Virus record (IMG/VR): IMGVR_UViG_3300042309_002578
Coordinates: 64,001 to 128,000 of that record
Length of the DNA stretch: 64,000 bases
Direction: 5' to 3' (one strand)
DNA from: a virus
The notes below the pieces were generated by a model, which made no database searches, was not told the DNA's origin, and saw only the letters and a program-made list of their open reading frames with translations. Positions 40,161 to 51,219 of this stretch are shown one piece after another. The position numbers and the translations under genes are program-made. Within the stretch, counting starts at the first letter, position 1; every line of letters begins with the position of its first letter.

Positions 40161-40793
40161 ATGGCGAGGTCTTATGACATAGCTGATGTAAAAGTCGGCT
40201 ATGTGATAGATGGATTGGGAAAAGTAGAGGAAATATATAGCAACGGAAATGCGCTTCAGTTTAAAATAGATGGTAATTACTACCACGAAAGAGTTGTTAC
40301 AGGTACGTTAAAACTTGCGTACAATAAAAAAGAAATTACCCCAGGAAAACTAGCAAAAATCGTTAATAGTTTCACCAATAGCGACGACATAAAAAATTCT
40401 GGGGACAGCCGACTAATTAAGGCTAAAAAATTAATTGATGTTTATTTTGAGATTAAGGGAAACACCCAAACCTATGTCAAACATTTGGGGTGGGGACTGT
40501 CTAGTGTCAATGCAGAATTTAAGTTTTTGTACGACCAGGGATTTTACAGAGAGGCTGTTGGAGGCTTTGTCCCTAAAAATGCTTTTTTTAAATGCTGGGC
40601 TGATTTACTCAAAAGAGCAAATAGAAAAGGAATTATCTGCAAGGGAAGGATAAAAACTTGGTTTTTCATGTCGCAATATTTAAAAATGCTCAAAACAATT
40701 AGCTTTGTTTTGAGCATTTTTAAATATCAAGCAGATAGTTTTATTCTGGTATTTCCCAGCCAATTTTCCAGTCTATCGCCAAAATTCTTGTGA
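40161..40793 (+). CDS. hypothetical protein (3' end uncertain)
   Basis: GAGG before ATG 40161; runs through a hairpin into the convergent gene. Confidence 0.5.
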   Translation: MARSYDIADVKVGYVIDGLGKVEEIYSNGNALQFKIDGNYYHERVVTGTLKLAYNKKEITPGKLAKIVNSFTNSDDIKNSGDSRLIKAKKLIDVYFEIKGNTQTYVKHLGWGLSSVNAEFKFLYDQGFYREAVGGFVPKNAFFKCWADLLKRANRKGIICKGRIKTWFFMSQYLKMLKTISFVLSIFKYQADSFILVFPSQFSSLSPKFL

Positions 40794-41481
40794 TAGCGTC
40801 TTGTTCGGTTTCTTCGTCGAATTTGACGAATTCGCTAATAGTGTCAGTCCATTTACCTCTAGTCCCAATTATGTGATTAGATATTTTGATCAGTTCAGCG
40901 TTTTTTGCAATTATTGTGTTGCATAAAGATTTTAAAGAATCTGTGAATTCTTGAGAAGATGTGTCTGTAATTCCTGATCTAACAATTTGTTGCGCTACTA
41001 AATTTTGTGAATTTTTGATATTATTTGTTGCCAGATAAGATTCTGCTTCTGGGAGTGTCGTAGAAGCCCATCTATCTCTTTCAGCAGTAGCATACTTGTT
41101 AACTAATTTGTCTGTAAGTTGAGCAGCATAACTGTAAATATTTTTAACTACTTGAGTTTTGGCAGCTATTAAAGTTTGAGGCAACAAAGCAGCCGCTTCT
41201 TTATCTTTAATAACTTGTTCTAATTGTTGATAAACAGCAATTTTGCTAATGTAAACATTGTACTCTTCTACATTTAAATCTAAAGATTCAATAGTACCAT
41301 TATGGTGTATGGTTTGGTGTAGAATCCCTTTGTAGTAATCCAACTGTTTTACATTAACAGGTAAAGTAAAGCTAGGTTCAAACTGCTTAAATAAGTCTAC
41401 AGATAACTTGTGTAAAGTAGTGTTATCGTTAAGGCTTACTTCTTGAGCATCTTGAAAAGGTCTGATAATAAAGTATTGCAT
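40741..41481 (-). CDS. tail fibre assembly chaperone-like protein
   Basis: immediately downstream of fibre gene; YATAERDRW..EA..Y and terminal IDWKIGW pattern. Confidence 0.6.
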   Translation of the reverse strand: MQYFIIRPFQDAQEVSLNDNTTLHKLSVDLFKQFEPSFTLPVNVKQLDYYKGILHQTIHHNGTIESLDLNVEEYNVYISKIAVYQQLEQVIKDKEAAALLPQTLIAAKTQVVKNIYSYAAQLTDKLVNKYATAERDRWASTTLPEAESYLATNNIKNSQNLVAQQIVRSGITDTSSQEFTDSLKSLCNTIIAKNAELIKISNHIIGTRGKWTDTISEFVKFDEETEQDAITRILAIDWKIGWEIPE

Positions 41482-41483
41482 TT

Positions 41484-44400
41484 TTATTTTACTTTTATGA
41501 TGAAATTAGACGCTAAAAATGGCTGCATATTGTTGTGAGGTTGACTATCCCCTGTAGGATTCACTGATACTGCAATACCATAATTTATACTTGTTTCAGT
41601 AATATTTGAGCCTCCCCAATCAGTTGTATGTCTTCCCCAAGCATAATCATTTCTAGATCCAGCCCCTCCTGGTTGATATCCGTCACTTCCATCAGGATAT
41701 CCTGGAAAATTAATTTGAACTTGAGTTAAAGTATGGGAATGCCCAGGATCACTAATAGTATGAATATGCGCTCCTGTGGTGCTAGTGTGTCCATGACTAG
41801 GCATTTCATTAGTAGTCAAAGTATGAGTAGCCGCACCCCCAGTAGCTCCTAGTGCGTAATCTCCTCCCGCGCCAAGGAAAACTCTTCCTCGACTATCTGG
41901 CAGACGAACAGTTGTTGTTCCATTACCGCTGTACGGCGCACCTAGCGCGACAAGATCGGCAACAAGTTCTGTGCTAATTTCAGAGCGCAGAACTTCCTGC
42001 CCATGCGCCCATTTCCAGCGAGAGGAAGGGAGTGTGCTTCGGAAATATTTCTCAATCTTGCCAACAGGGATAGCTGCGTCAACCATATCCCGCAATTCTG
42101 CTGTTGTTATTTTATTTTGTTTTAAATCCAAAGCAGATTTTAGAGATTTTGGTGTTATTGCTCTTTTGTCGTCAAGCCCGTCTATCGCTTCTTCATCTGT
42201 TGTCAGTTCCACAAATCCAGGGCTTTCAGTTGTGGCATAAACGCCAGAATCTGTTGGTATTGGGGCTAAAAACCTCGATCTGGTATCAAAATTGAGTTGC
42301 GCCGATCTTAAATCTAGGGTTGAATTTGGGTATAAGAACAGCCTTTCCGTGACAGTAAGCCTCTTAAAAACCTTAGAGTCGCTTTCACCAGAATTTAAGT
42401 TTGTTTCGTCCCCTGTCTTTGTGTCAATTATCTTGTCACCAATAAAATAATTTCCATCCTGATCCATCCCACAGGAATAAACGCGCCCACCATTAGTCTC
42501 TCGTTTCATCTTGGCAACGCTTTCAGCTAGAGTTAAGACCCTAGTATGAAATTTTGGCAATGCTGATGAGTAGTTGTTGTACCCAACCCACTCCCAAGTA
42601 TGTCCAGACGCTCTAATTAATGACGGCTTTATAAACTCAGGATAAATATTCACCTGTTGATTATCTTTTCTGATTAATCTTTCGTTACTGGATGTTTCTA
42701 GTAACTGGATTGTCTGTTCTTCGGGTATTGTTAATGCTAACAATACCGTTTTGGCAGCGATATATGACCTACTTAAAACTGAGTTCGGATCAGGCATATC
42801 CACATTTAGTTGTGGATATAGATCGTCATTTTTGTCGTTGATGCCGTCTGCATTTAAAAGCGAGATATAGTAACTACCAGATGGCAGGACATTTCCTGCG
42901 CTGTCCACACTTTTTACAGACGAAATAAACAGATTTTTATTAATCTGTAAATTTGGCATTTCGTCTGCATTAAATTTTAAAATATAGTTTTCTTGTGGAT
43001 TTCTATTCACACCATCAACTCTAAACCAAAATATTCTATCGTCTGGTTTTCTTTCGTCTGGGTTTCTTTTTATAATAACTGGAAGCGTGTCAATAAGATT
43101 TCTGTTTGTGTAAATATCATTATTAGTATCTAACACATTAAAATAGTGTCCATTGCTATCTGTTCCCACTAAATTCACCGAAGAAACAAGGCGTGCTGAG
43201 TATTCTACATTATCAGCACCAACTACATAAATTAATTCATTTTGTAAAAGCGAGAATGGCGAGATTCTTTGAGGGTTAAATGGTCCATCTATATATATTT
43301 TTGTCGCTGTTGACAAAGATGAAACAAAGCCAGAAATAGCATAATTTAAAACATTGCTAACTATCGGCTTTGGTGGCACTATTTTTGTGATCGTCCCGCC
43401 TGAATCTTGTGGCAGGGCATGATTGCTGTATCCATCAGCAAAGAGCGAAATATCGCCAAAATTTGAACAACTATTTGTGACGCTTAATTCGCCACCGCTT
43501 AAAGTTTTAAAGTGTGTGCCAGCGCAAACAACAAAGCAGGAAACTATCTGCATATAACCATTGTTTATTGCACTAAAGGAAAAATGTCTCCATGTGTCTT
43601 TATATGATTTGCCACCTGGGCTATTAAGATTGACGACAAAAGCTCTTGGATCTGACTGTAAGCTAACATTCGTGAACTGGGATGCAACTATTGATTTTAG
43701 ACCCTGCAACTTGCTGCCGTCGCAGGATATTCCGCACATTCCAAAACGCGATCGCAGAGAACAATTAAATACGTATACAGAACTTCCATTGACGCTATTA
43801 ATGTCTAAAAATCCATCATCGTCTACTGATGTATTGTCTGTTGCCAATGCTGTTATTATTGTCTCCTCGCTGACTGCATCTAGTTCTCCAGCGTTCATTG
43901 GTGGATTTAATGTGTTAGAAAATGCTCTCTCTATTTTTGGGTAATAGCCATAGGATTCATCTGAAAGCTCAAGTGTTGATGCTGGCTCAGTTGCGCTACA
44001 CAGGTGGTGTGTGGTTTTTATGCTTTTGTTGTCGAAAAAAGTTAACCCTGTGATAAGAGAACCGCCTGTCGCCTTAAATATTGCTGTTCTTCCGATACTT
44101 GAATTGTCTGGGGAACACTCGCATTGCAAATTAGGATCGTATGGATTATTTAGCTCCCAGGTTGCTACATCGCCAACGTAGCGCGGAATAATTTTAGTTT
44201 TTCTAAGGTCTGAGGCAACTATAGAGCATCCCCTTGGAATAACAACACCACCTGTTGGCGGATTAAAATACGAATATTTGGTGACAACAACAATGTCGCC
44301 TACCCCACTCCAACTGCCAACAATATTTTTAATCCTGTAACTGCCAGTATTATTAATTGCAGTATCAATTATTGCTCTGCTGCCGTTACCACCAAATATT

Positions 44401-45389
44401 TGCTGCCCAGGCTTTAGTTCTTCGTAGGTCGCATTAGATGTGTTCGCTAAAGTTAAAACCTTAGTTTCTGTGTTGTAAGTTTGTATATTCCCAACTTGAA
44501 GTGGTTGAACAATTTCTGTTTCTAGCGACAGAGGCTGTATCTGTACAAAATCAGAAACACCTGGACGATTATCAACAATATAATTCCCAGGTGCTAAATA
44601 CACAGTAGCTTCATCATAGACATCTATTTGATTATTTGTGTTTGGTCTGTAGCTTCTTCTGGCTACCTCCAGCATAGCCCTTTCTATGGTTCTGAATGGG
44701 CTATATTGATCTGTGCCAGGATTAAGCAATGAATCGTCAGCTTTACCGTTTTTTTCATCAACATAAAAAATGTTACCTCCCGGTTTTGATGAAACTAAAT
44801 TATTGTATCTTTTCCAAAGTTCAAGTTTTAGGGATGATAATGCTTTTGTGTCATCTTCGCCAGCGAAGACATTCTCTTGTGTCGCAATTTTTAGTAACCC
44901 TCCTGTTGATTCATCACCAGAAAAAATATGTCTTAATATTTTAAAAGTTTTTCTGTCTCTGTAGTCATCTACTGTAGTTACTGCGTTTGCAAATGTCGTA
45001 ACTTTTGCCATCACGATTACATTGTTTGGGTATCCAACAGAGTAAGATACAACGCCATTATCACCAACATAAATCCACACTGTCGCGTTGTTTGGCAAAG
45101 CTAAACTACCAGCAACAACATTTATTTTTGTGTTGTTAAGTAATTCAATAGTCCCACCGCTAAATAATATATTTAGTCCAGAACCTGCGGTCACTCGTAA
45201 CGCATTCTCAAAGCTTCTAAAATCTGGCTTTATGTTCCCTGCTTCATTACTTAGAGAACTATCTGACAATCTTTGTAAATGTCCTGGATATTCATCCTCG
45301 TTAGGATCTCTGTCAAATCTTGGTCGTATAAAAGCGTTAAATTCGTCTGGTGTTGGGATAGTCCCGTATTGATAATTTGGTAATGGCAT
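41484..45389 (-). CDS. tail fibre protein with C-terminal collar domain
   Basis: cyanophage-fibre-like PFRTIERA, VIPRGCSIV; collar IPVG..W..HGQ..RLPDSRGRV..GATGGAATHTLT..HNNMQP. Confidence 0.85.
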   Translation of the reverse strand: MPLPNYQYGTIPTPDEFNAFIRPRFDRDPNEDEYPGHLQRLSDSSLSNEAGNIKPDFRSFENALRVTAGSGLNILFSGGTIELLNNTKINVVAGSLALPNNATVWIYVGDNGVVSYSVGYPNNVIVMAKVTTFANAVTTVDDYRDRKTFKILRHIFSGDESTGGLLKIATQENVFAGEDDTKALSSLKLELWKRYNNLVSSKPGGNIFYVDEKNGKADDSLLNPGTDQYSPFRTIERAMLEVARRSYRPNTNNQIDVYDEATVYLAPGNYIVDNRPGVSDFVQIQPLSLETEIVQPLQVGNIQTYNTETKVLTLANTSNATYEELKPGQQIFGGNGSRAIIDTAINNTGSYRIKNIVGSWSGVGDIVVVTKYSYFNPPTGGVVIPRGCSIVASDLRKTKIIPRYVGDVATWELNNPYDPNLQCECSPDNSSIGRTAIFKATGGSLITGLTFFDNKSIKTTHHLCSATEPASTLELSDESYGYYPKIERAFSNTLNPPMNAGELDAVSEETIITALATDNTSVDDDGFLDINSVNGSSVYVFNCSLRSRFGMCGISCDGSKLQGLKSIVASQFTNVSLQSDPRAFVVNLNSPGGKSYKDTWRHFSFSAINNGYMQIVSCFVVCAGTHFKTLSGGELSVTNSCSNFGDISLFADGYSNHALPQDSGGTITKIVPPKPIVSNVLNYAISGFVSSLSTATKIYIDGPFNPQRISPFSLLQNELIYVVGADNVEYSARLVSSVNLVGTDSNGHYFNVLDTNNDIYTNRNLIDTLPVIIKRNPDERKPDDRIFWFRVDGVNRNPQENYILKFNADEMPNLQINKNLFISSVKSVDSAGNVLPSGSYYISLLNADGINDKNDDLYPQLNVDMPDPNSVLSRSYIAAKTVLLALTIPEEQTIQLLETSSNERLIRKDNQQVNIYPEFIKPSLIRASGHTWEWVGYNNYSSALPKFHTRVLTLAESVAKMKRETNGGRVYSCGMDQDGNYFIGDKIIDTKTGDETNLNSGESDSKVFKRLTVTERLFLYPNSTLDLRSAQLNFDTRSRFLAPIPTDSGVYATTESPGFVELTTDEEAIDGLDDKRAITPKSLKSALDLKQNKITTAELRDMVDAAIPVGKIEKYFRSTLPSSRWKWAHGQEVLRSEISTELVADLVALGAPYSGNGTTTVRLPDSRGRVFLGAGGDYALGATGGAATHTLTTNEMPSHGHTSTTGAHIHTISDPGHSHTLTQVQINFPGYPDGSDGYQPGGAGSRNDYAWGRHTTDWGGSNITETSINYGIAVSVNPTGDSQPHNNMQPFLASNFIIKVK

Positions 45390-45401
45390 AATAATAAATT
45401 C

Positions 45402-45839
45402 CTACTCTTGTGTAAAACTCTTTTTGGGTAGTTTCCCAATAAATCTTGTTAATGACTCTTCTGCAATTTTTATGACTTGATCGTTTTTCGGCGCAAAAAT
45501 AAAATTTCTTTTGGGTATTCTATATGTACCACTTATATGGTATATCATGTGGTCTTCAAATTTGATAAAAATTTTACGCCCATCTATATAGAATTTAATT
45601 GAATTTTTACCAGCAAAAGTCTCTTGAAGCTTTCTACTAGTTTTCTTTCTTTTCCAAGTGCCAGATGTTAAGTCACTCCACGGCGATGAATTGTCCAGGT
45701 CTTGCTCCAAATTAAAGGCTTCATCAGTGTTTTTTTTGGCATTGATTGCTACACTATTTAATATGTCTCTTGGATTTGACAACATTGAATCAATTTTCAA
45801 GAGAGACACTAAAACATCTTCTTCTAGCTTAATTTCCAT
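45402..45839 (-). CDS. virion morphogenesis / tail completion protein (Mu gpG, P2 gpS-like)
   Basis: AF..EQD..PWSDL..T..RK..LQET..HISGT..IPKRNF; start ATG at 45839. Confidence 0.75.
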   Translation of the reverse strand: MEIKLEEDVLVSLLKIDSMLSNPRDILNSVAINAKKNTDEAFNLEQDLDNSSPWSDLTSGTWKRKKTSRKLQETFAGKNSIKFYIDGRKIFIKFEDHMIYHISGTYRIPKRNFIFAPKNDQVIKIAEESLTRFIGKLPKKSFTQE

Positions 45840-47067
45840 GTCTAATTTTGTACCTGTAGAAGCACCTAGTATATACCCAGAGAGTCCGCTGTCTTTGTTG
45901 GCGTACATGGAGCAACGCCAAAGAGACGTAAGTGAAGGCATAATTAATGATTTTAACCCATCTTCACCAATTACGGCATTTAATGAGGGAGTTCTTTGGG
46001 CAATATTAGAAATGTTGGCCTATGCAGACAGGATTCCTTTGGCTGCATCTATATTTCATCTGCGAACTGCGGCGATCGCTAGAAGGTTGGGCGAAAAAGC
46101 TCGCGTAACACTAACAATTCAGCTAACAACAACAGTTGCATATTGGGAGCTAAACAAGGGTTATCGAGTAGCAACAAACAGCGCACTTCAGTACGAAACA
46201 GATGAGGCACTTTTTATATATAACGGTGACACCGGAACAGTCAGTGCTACTGCTGTGGGCGACGGAACTCAATACAATCAACCAATTTTAACTGTCAACG
46301 TAATTATAGAAACAAGAGCTTTTTTGCAAAGTATTACAAACTATGAACCTGCTGCTGGCGGCATAGATGCGGAGACTGATCAAGAAGTATTTTCTAGGGG
46401 CTTTGCATCTCTAAGAAGACATAACACTCTTGTTACTGAAGACGACTTTAAACAATATATTGAATTTGAGTTAGGTGATGGGTCTGTTGTCAAAGTTATT
46501 GGTAGATTGGGAGCAGACAAGGCTTCATATATTGCGGGTGCGATACACATCTTCGTTTTAAATCAAGATGGATCTCAAACAAATGATGCCCAAAGAACTG
46601 CGCTTCTAAATAAAATTAGTCCAAGTTTGCCGAGTTTTTTGCAAAACACAGTTTTACCGTCCGTTGGGACTGGGGTATTTGTTTCAAGTATTGAATTTTA
46701 TGATGTTGAATTTGAGATGACGGGAACAATTGTTGCTGGAGATGATCCAGCAACAAGAGCCGCGCAAATTTGGGAAGATTTAACTCTGTATTTAGATCCC
46801 AGAAACTTAAAACCTGGGGAAACCGTAATTTTGTACAATCTTATCTCTATTTGCATAAATGCTGGCATCAAGGATGTGCAAAATTTTAGAGCGTACAATT
46901 ACACGCTTAACGATAGCGGGACTGAAGATTTACAAATATTAGACAGCAATATACCAATGCCAAACGAATGGACATTAATAAGAATGCTTGAAGTTCGGAT
47001 CACATTAATAGACAAAGATGGTAATATTCATGAGTATTTTTACGGCAATGGTGGGAGTCCAGATTAA
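45838..47067 (+). CDS. baseplate wedge J-like protein
   Basis: DFNPSSP, R..G.KA, N..PAAGGIDAETD, TLVTEDDF; start ATG at 45838. Confidence 0.85.
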   Translation: MSNFVPVEAPSIYPESPLSLLAYMEQRQRDVSEGIINDFNPSSPITAFNEGVLWAILEMLAYADRIPLAASIFHLRTAAIARRLGEKARVTLTIQLTTTVAYWELNKGYRVATNSALQYETDEALFIYNGDTGTVSATAVGDGTQYNQPILTVNVIIETRAFLQSITNYEPAAGGIDAETDQEVFSRGFASLRRHNTLVTEDDFKQYIEFELGDGSVVKVIGRLGADKASYIAGAIHIFVLNQDGSQTNDAQRTALLNKISPSLPSFLQNTVLPSVGTGVFVSSIEFYDVEFEMTGTIVAGDDPATRAAQIWEDLTLYLDPRNLKPGETVILYNLISICINAGIKDVQNFRAYNYTLNDSGTEDLQILDSNIPMPNEWTLIRMLEVRITLIDKDGNIHEYFYGNGGSPD

Positions 47068-48305
47068 TGTCTGAAAAATCGTGGCAATTAAATCGTCCTA
47101 TATATTTGCGATTGCCTAATGAAAGTGGTGCTTATCAGGGCAACGAAATTGTTGATGCAATCACAACTCCGTGGGATGAGCAACTTGTAGACATTAAAAA
47201 TACATTATTGAATTTCAACAATGATTTTATCAACCCCGATACAGCAAGGGTTGATGCCCTTGATTGGTTAGCACAGCTATCTGGTTTTACAGGAGAGTAT
47301 TGGGACACGAACTGGACTGCAGCCATTAAACGAGAACTTATTAAAAATTCTCATACTAAAATTTGGTCGCATAAAGGTACTGTAATGCTTTTGCAGTACC
47401 TACTTGATTTATTTGGGCTTGACGCAGTAGTTTATGCTGAAAACGTATGGTTTATAGGAATTACCGCTATTGGTTCACCTGTTGGGGGTAGAACCCTATA
47501 TTACGCAATAAAATTGTTTATCCCTGGTGCAGAAAATCGGCAATTTTACACGAGGAACTCAAAAGAATGGAAATTTATTGAGCGTTTAAATCGTCTGTAT
47601 ATGCCGTGTTGGTGTGGCAGTATACCAACAAACGGAAACTTTATTCATTATGAAAAATTTATTATTGGTGTTAGTGCTGTCGGAGATCCGATTTGGTCTG
47701 GATCAATTAACAAGAATCCCATAATCACAGTGAATTTTGGGTCGGGAATTGCAATTAATTCGTCTATGCAAATTGGTGCTAATTTCAGTATTGGTTCTGG
47801 TTTTGATACCAGAATTATTCGACCAATTATTGCCAATTTTGGTATTGGTAATTCTACCAATACAACAAAAGTAATAACCTCTAACTTTGGTATTGGTAGT
47901 GGTTTTGATGCCGCAAAAGTAATAACTTCTAATTTCGGTATTGGTTCTGGTTTTGATGCCGCAAAAGTAATAACTTCTAATTTCGGTATTGGTTCTGGTT
48001 TTGATGCCAGAATTATTCGACCAATTATTGCCAACTTTGGTATTGGTAATTCTACCAATACAACAAAAGTAATAACCTCTAACTTTGGTATTGGTTCTGG
48101 TTTTGATGCCGCAAAAGTAATAACTTCTAATTTCGGTATTGGTTCTGGTTTTAATTCATCAAAAGTTATAGTTACTGACTTTGGTATTGGTGGTGGACTT
48201 AGTTCATCAATAACTATAGTTGCTGACTTTGGTATTGGTAATGCCGACAATACAACTAAAGTTATACTTACCAACTTTGGTATTGGTTCTGGCTTTGATT
48301 TATGA
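47067..48305 (+). CDS. baseplate wedge (P2 gpI-like) with repetitive C-terminus
   Basis: LDWLAQLSG..W..KRELIK..KGT; (V/I)ITSNFGIGSGFDAAK repeats from ~47780. Confidence 0.8.
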   Translation: MSEKSWQLNRPIYLRLPNESGAYQGNEIVDAITTPWDEQLVDIKNTLLNFNNDFINPDTARVDALDWLAQLSGFTGEYWDTNWTAAIKRELIKNSHTKIWSHKGTVMLLQYLLDLFGLDAVVYAENVWFIGITAIGSPVGGRTLYYAIKLFIPGAENRQFYTRNSKEWKFIERLNRLYMPCWCGSIPTNGNFIHYEKFIIGVSAVGDPIWSGSINKNPIITVNFGSGIAINSSMQIGANFSIGSGFDTRIIRPIIANFGIGNSTNTTKVITSNFGIGSGFDAAKVITSNFGIGSGFDAAKVITSNFGIGSGFDARIIRPIIANFGIGNSTNTTKVITSNFGIGSGFDAAKVITSNFGIGSGFNSSKVIVTDFGIGGGLSSSITIVADFGIGNADNTTKVILTNFGIGSGFDL

Positions 48306-48408
48306 ACAACTACTTCCGTGTAGCCTTAAATATGTTTTTGTGCTATTTGTTCGGTATGTAAATAAATTTGATACAATTTTTATATTGAGGGAAAAATAGG
48401 TAAAAATT

Positions 48409-48870
48409 ATGCCAACAAGACAATTATTTGATTCATGGGTAAAGCTAGTAGCGGACACAATGTTTGTAGGAGTAACTGCCCCAGACCCCACAAAGTTTTA
48501 TGCAATTTTATCTAACTCAAACGCAATAAGTCGTGATATGACGATGGCTCAAGTTATTGCACTTGAGTTGCCCACAACAAACGGGTACTCAAGGCAGCCA
48601 TTAGTCTTTACTACTGGCTTTTACAGCAGCGCAAATAAACGCTATGAATTACCAAATTTAAATATAAATTTCGCAGCAAATAATAGCGGGTCATTTCAGT
48701 TTAGAACTCTTGTTATTGTTGCTGATGCAATTTCTACTGTGGGCAATACAACCGGTAAATTGGTTGGATTTAGCACGGAGGACGCAATAGTGACTGTGGC
48801 AGCAAACCAAACACAGCCGTTTGTGATTCCAATCGCAACACTGAACACAGGGTACGTTAATGGAGTGTAG
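48409..48870 (+). CDS. putative virion structural protein
   Basis: ELPTTNGYSRQ motif; follows baseplate genes. Confidence 0.6.
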   Translation: MPTRQLFDSWVKLVADTMFVGVTAPDPTKFYAILSNSNAISRDMTMAQVIALELPTTNGYSRQPLVFTTGFYSSANKRYELPNLNINFAANNSGSFQFRTLVIVADAISTVGNTTGKLVGFSTEDAIVTVAANQTQPFVIPIATLNTGYVNGV

Positions 48871-49243
48871 CCAATCAAGTTGATATTGCTATACGTATGG
48901 CGTATAGTTTATGCCAAAAACAATCGCATTATTATTGCCACAACAGACCTTTAATCAAGTATCCTTTTTGTTGCAATCCGTCAATTATACAACAGGGCTT
49001 ACAGCAATAATGTTGGAGAATTAATTAGGCTAACTCAAAATTATGCGTATAATTACACAAAAACGCCATATTCAAAATTTTGAATATGGCGTTTTATTTA
49101 CCTGAGTATTTGTATTATACATAAATTTAGGCATTATTGAGTTTTGCGTAACATTAGACAATGGCGAGAACGAATATCCGTTTTGCAAATCTAAAAACAT
49201 ATAAAATAACACAAATATAAAAAATAAAAATAACAATTTATGC

Positions 49244-49272
49244 CTGACTTTGTGTGTCATCCAGTGTAATAT
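49244..49272 (+). promoter_or_regulatory. motif promoter (variant)
   Basis: CTGACT-17(GTCATCC)-TAATAT. Confidence 0.5.
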
Positions 49273-49298
49273 AGATTTACAAACAAAAAATCAACATC

Positions 49299-49565
49299 AT
49301 GCAAACATCCATTGTATTCATGTCGTCTCCAGTTATTCCTGTAAAAAATCTTTTTAATTTTAGTGCAGTTCCTAGTGACTATTTATTAGCCTGTACGTCA
49401 GATTCTTGTTTTCACAGAGGAAACTTTAATAAAATTGTTGAGCAGTTTAAGTCTATCGCACCTCAAGAATCTGATGTGATTACAGTAAATACGATCCTTT
49501 TTGTTTCGCCAGCGATCGCTAAAATGATTAATGAAAATCCAGAATTAGCACCACAAAGAATTTAA
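49299..49565 (+). CDS. hypothetical protein
   Basis: ORF behind motif promoter. Confidence 0.55.
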   Translation: MQTSIVFMSSPVIPVKNLFNFSAVPSDYLLACTSDSCFHRGNFNKIVEQFKSIAPQESDVITVNTILFVSPAIAKMINENPELAPQRI

Positions 49566-49732
49566 AATCCCATGCTAAATATCGAAAAAACAACAATTGT
49601 CAGGATAGCAAAGATTCTGTGGATCTAATAAATGTGAAATTTGAAAGTGGAACTTTCAAACAAATTAGACCCCATTTTTGGGCGGAGAAGAATACGTACA
49701 AGCGACTTTCCCAGATCAAAAATATGAAGTTG

Positions 49733-50173
49733 TCACGGTAAATTAATTTTCTTAGGCTTCTCTTTGAAGCCTTTTTTCATTTTTTCTATAAAATTAGGCG
49801 TATTGCAACTGTCTAATTTTGGTGGTGGCATTTTTCCAAATGTCCAATTTCTGCCATTATGCGCCATAACATGATGGCGCATACACAACGGAAAAATATG
49901 CTCACCAATTATTTCCCGTCCAGCGATCGCGCCTTTCTCATTTTGATAAACTGCGTGGTGCGCCTCCTTGGCGTTGTTTTTGCAATTTGGGTAACAACAT
50001 TTACCATTGAGAGAGTCTTTACATTTCTTGCTTAATATGCCCCAGTTCTCGCCATATCTCATGTCGTAAACTTGATTTTTTGGTGCATTTTTACGGATAT
50101 TCAATATTTCTTGGTGATATTTTGTAATTCTTTTTTTAGGCTTAAGACTCCCAGGTTTTTTGGTGGTAGCCAT
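49733..50173 (-). CDS. HNH-like endonuclease
   Basis: CCYPNC..AHH..Y..IFPLCMRHH..AH. Confidence 0.65.
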   Translation of the reverse strand: MATTKKPGSLKPKKRITKYHQEILNIRKNAPKNQVYDMRYGENWGILSKKCKDSLNGKCCYPNCKNNAKEAHHAVYQNEKGAIAGREIIGEHIFPLCMRHHVMAHNGRNWTFGKMPPPKLDSCNTPNFIEKMKKGFKEKPKKINLP

Positions 50174-50625
50174 ATTGATTAATTTGTAATATTTGTAATA
50201 TAGATTATATTACAAAAACTGGGCTTTAAAATTTTAACACTCAGCTTTTTGGTTTTAAATGATGATCATTTTTATTCGTGAATTATTCTATCTAAAATTA
50301 TTGCTTCTTGGTGGTGGGGTGTTTAATATTCCCCCAATTACATCATTTGTCAAATCTTCTAAATCTTTCTGGCTTATTTTTGTAAACCCAGTCTCGTTAT
50401 TTATCAAGAAGTTTATATCCTCCTCCTTCCCAATCAGCACATAGTCATTCCCGCTTTCAATCATTGCAGATAGACCAAATTTCTGAACAAGTTCGCAGCC
50501 TATTAAAACGTCAGCTTTGACAATGTTGTTGTCGCTAAAAACTGTGCATTTTTTTAAATTGGAACTCGCAAAATAACAAAAAAGCGCGTTAAGCCTTGAC
50601 GGGCTTTTTTGTTGTAAATTATTTT

Positions 50626-51159
50626 TTATTCAAGGTCAACACCAGGTAGATAAAAATCTGTTAAAATTTTTGCCACTTCTTGGGGTATTTCTTCCAGGTC
50701 AGACAAATTTAGGAATATTATCTTTCCTATTGCCATTGTTTTGTTTTTCTCGGTTGCACAATAAAATGTGTCCTCAGTATAAAATGTATCTTCGCCATCG
50801 CTGTTTTTTTGTTTTGTCACTACCACTTCTAAATCTAAATGCTCTAACGTGAAAGATTCGGTCACGTCTGCTTGATTGTCTTTGTTTTGTTCAAAGTTAA
50901 TACCAGGAAGATAAAATTCTGTCAAAAATTTTGCTACCTCTTGGGGTATTTCTTTCAAATCAGACAAAGTATGAAATATTATTTTTCCTATTGCCATTGT
51001 TTTGTTTTTCTCGGTTATGCCATAAATTGTGTCGTCAGCATAAAATGTATTTTCGCCATCGCTGTTTTTTTGTTTTGTCACTGCCACTTCCCAATCTAAA
51101 TGCTCTAACATAAAAGATTCGGTCACGTCTGCTTGATTGTCTTTGTTTTGTTCAGTCAT
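50626..51159 (-). CDS. hypothetical protein made of two ~87-aa tandem copies
   Basis: EQNKDNQADVTESF..FYLPG twice (261-bp period). Confidence 0.75.
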   Translation of the reverse strand: MTEQNKDNQADVTESFMLEHLDWEVAVTKQKNSDGENTFYADDTIYGITEKNKTMAIGKIIFHTLSDLKEIPQEVAKFLTEFYLPGINFEQNKDNQADVTESFTLEHLDLEVVVTKQKNSDGEDTFYTEDTFYCATEKNKTMAIGKIIFLNLSDLEEIPQEVAKILTDFYLPGVDLE

Positions 51160-51190
51160 TATCTTTTTTTTGTTTTTCTCTACTGCATCC

Positions 51191-51219
51191 ATAATACTGT
51201 GGTTAACAAATAAAGTCAA
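51191..51219 (-). promoter_or_regulatory. motif promoter
   Basis: TTGACT-17(GTTAACC)-TATTAT. Confidence 0.7.

Noticed and set aside
45658-45941. Extended N-termini given in the ORF track for baseplate J and the completion protein
   Set aside because: The extensions are antisense to the other gene; recognisable sequence begins at the CATG at 45837-45840
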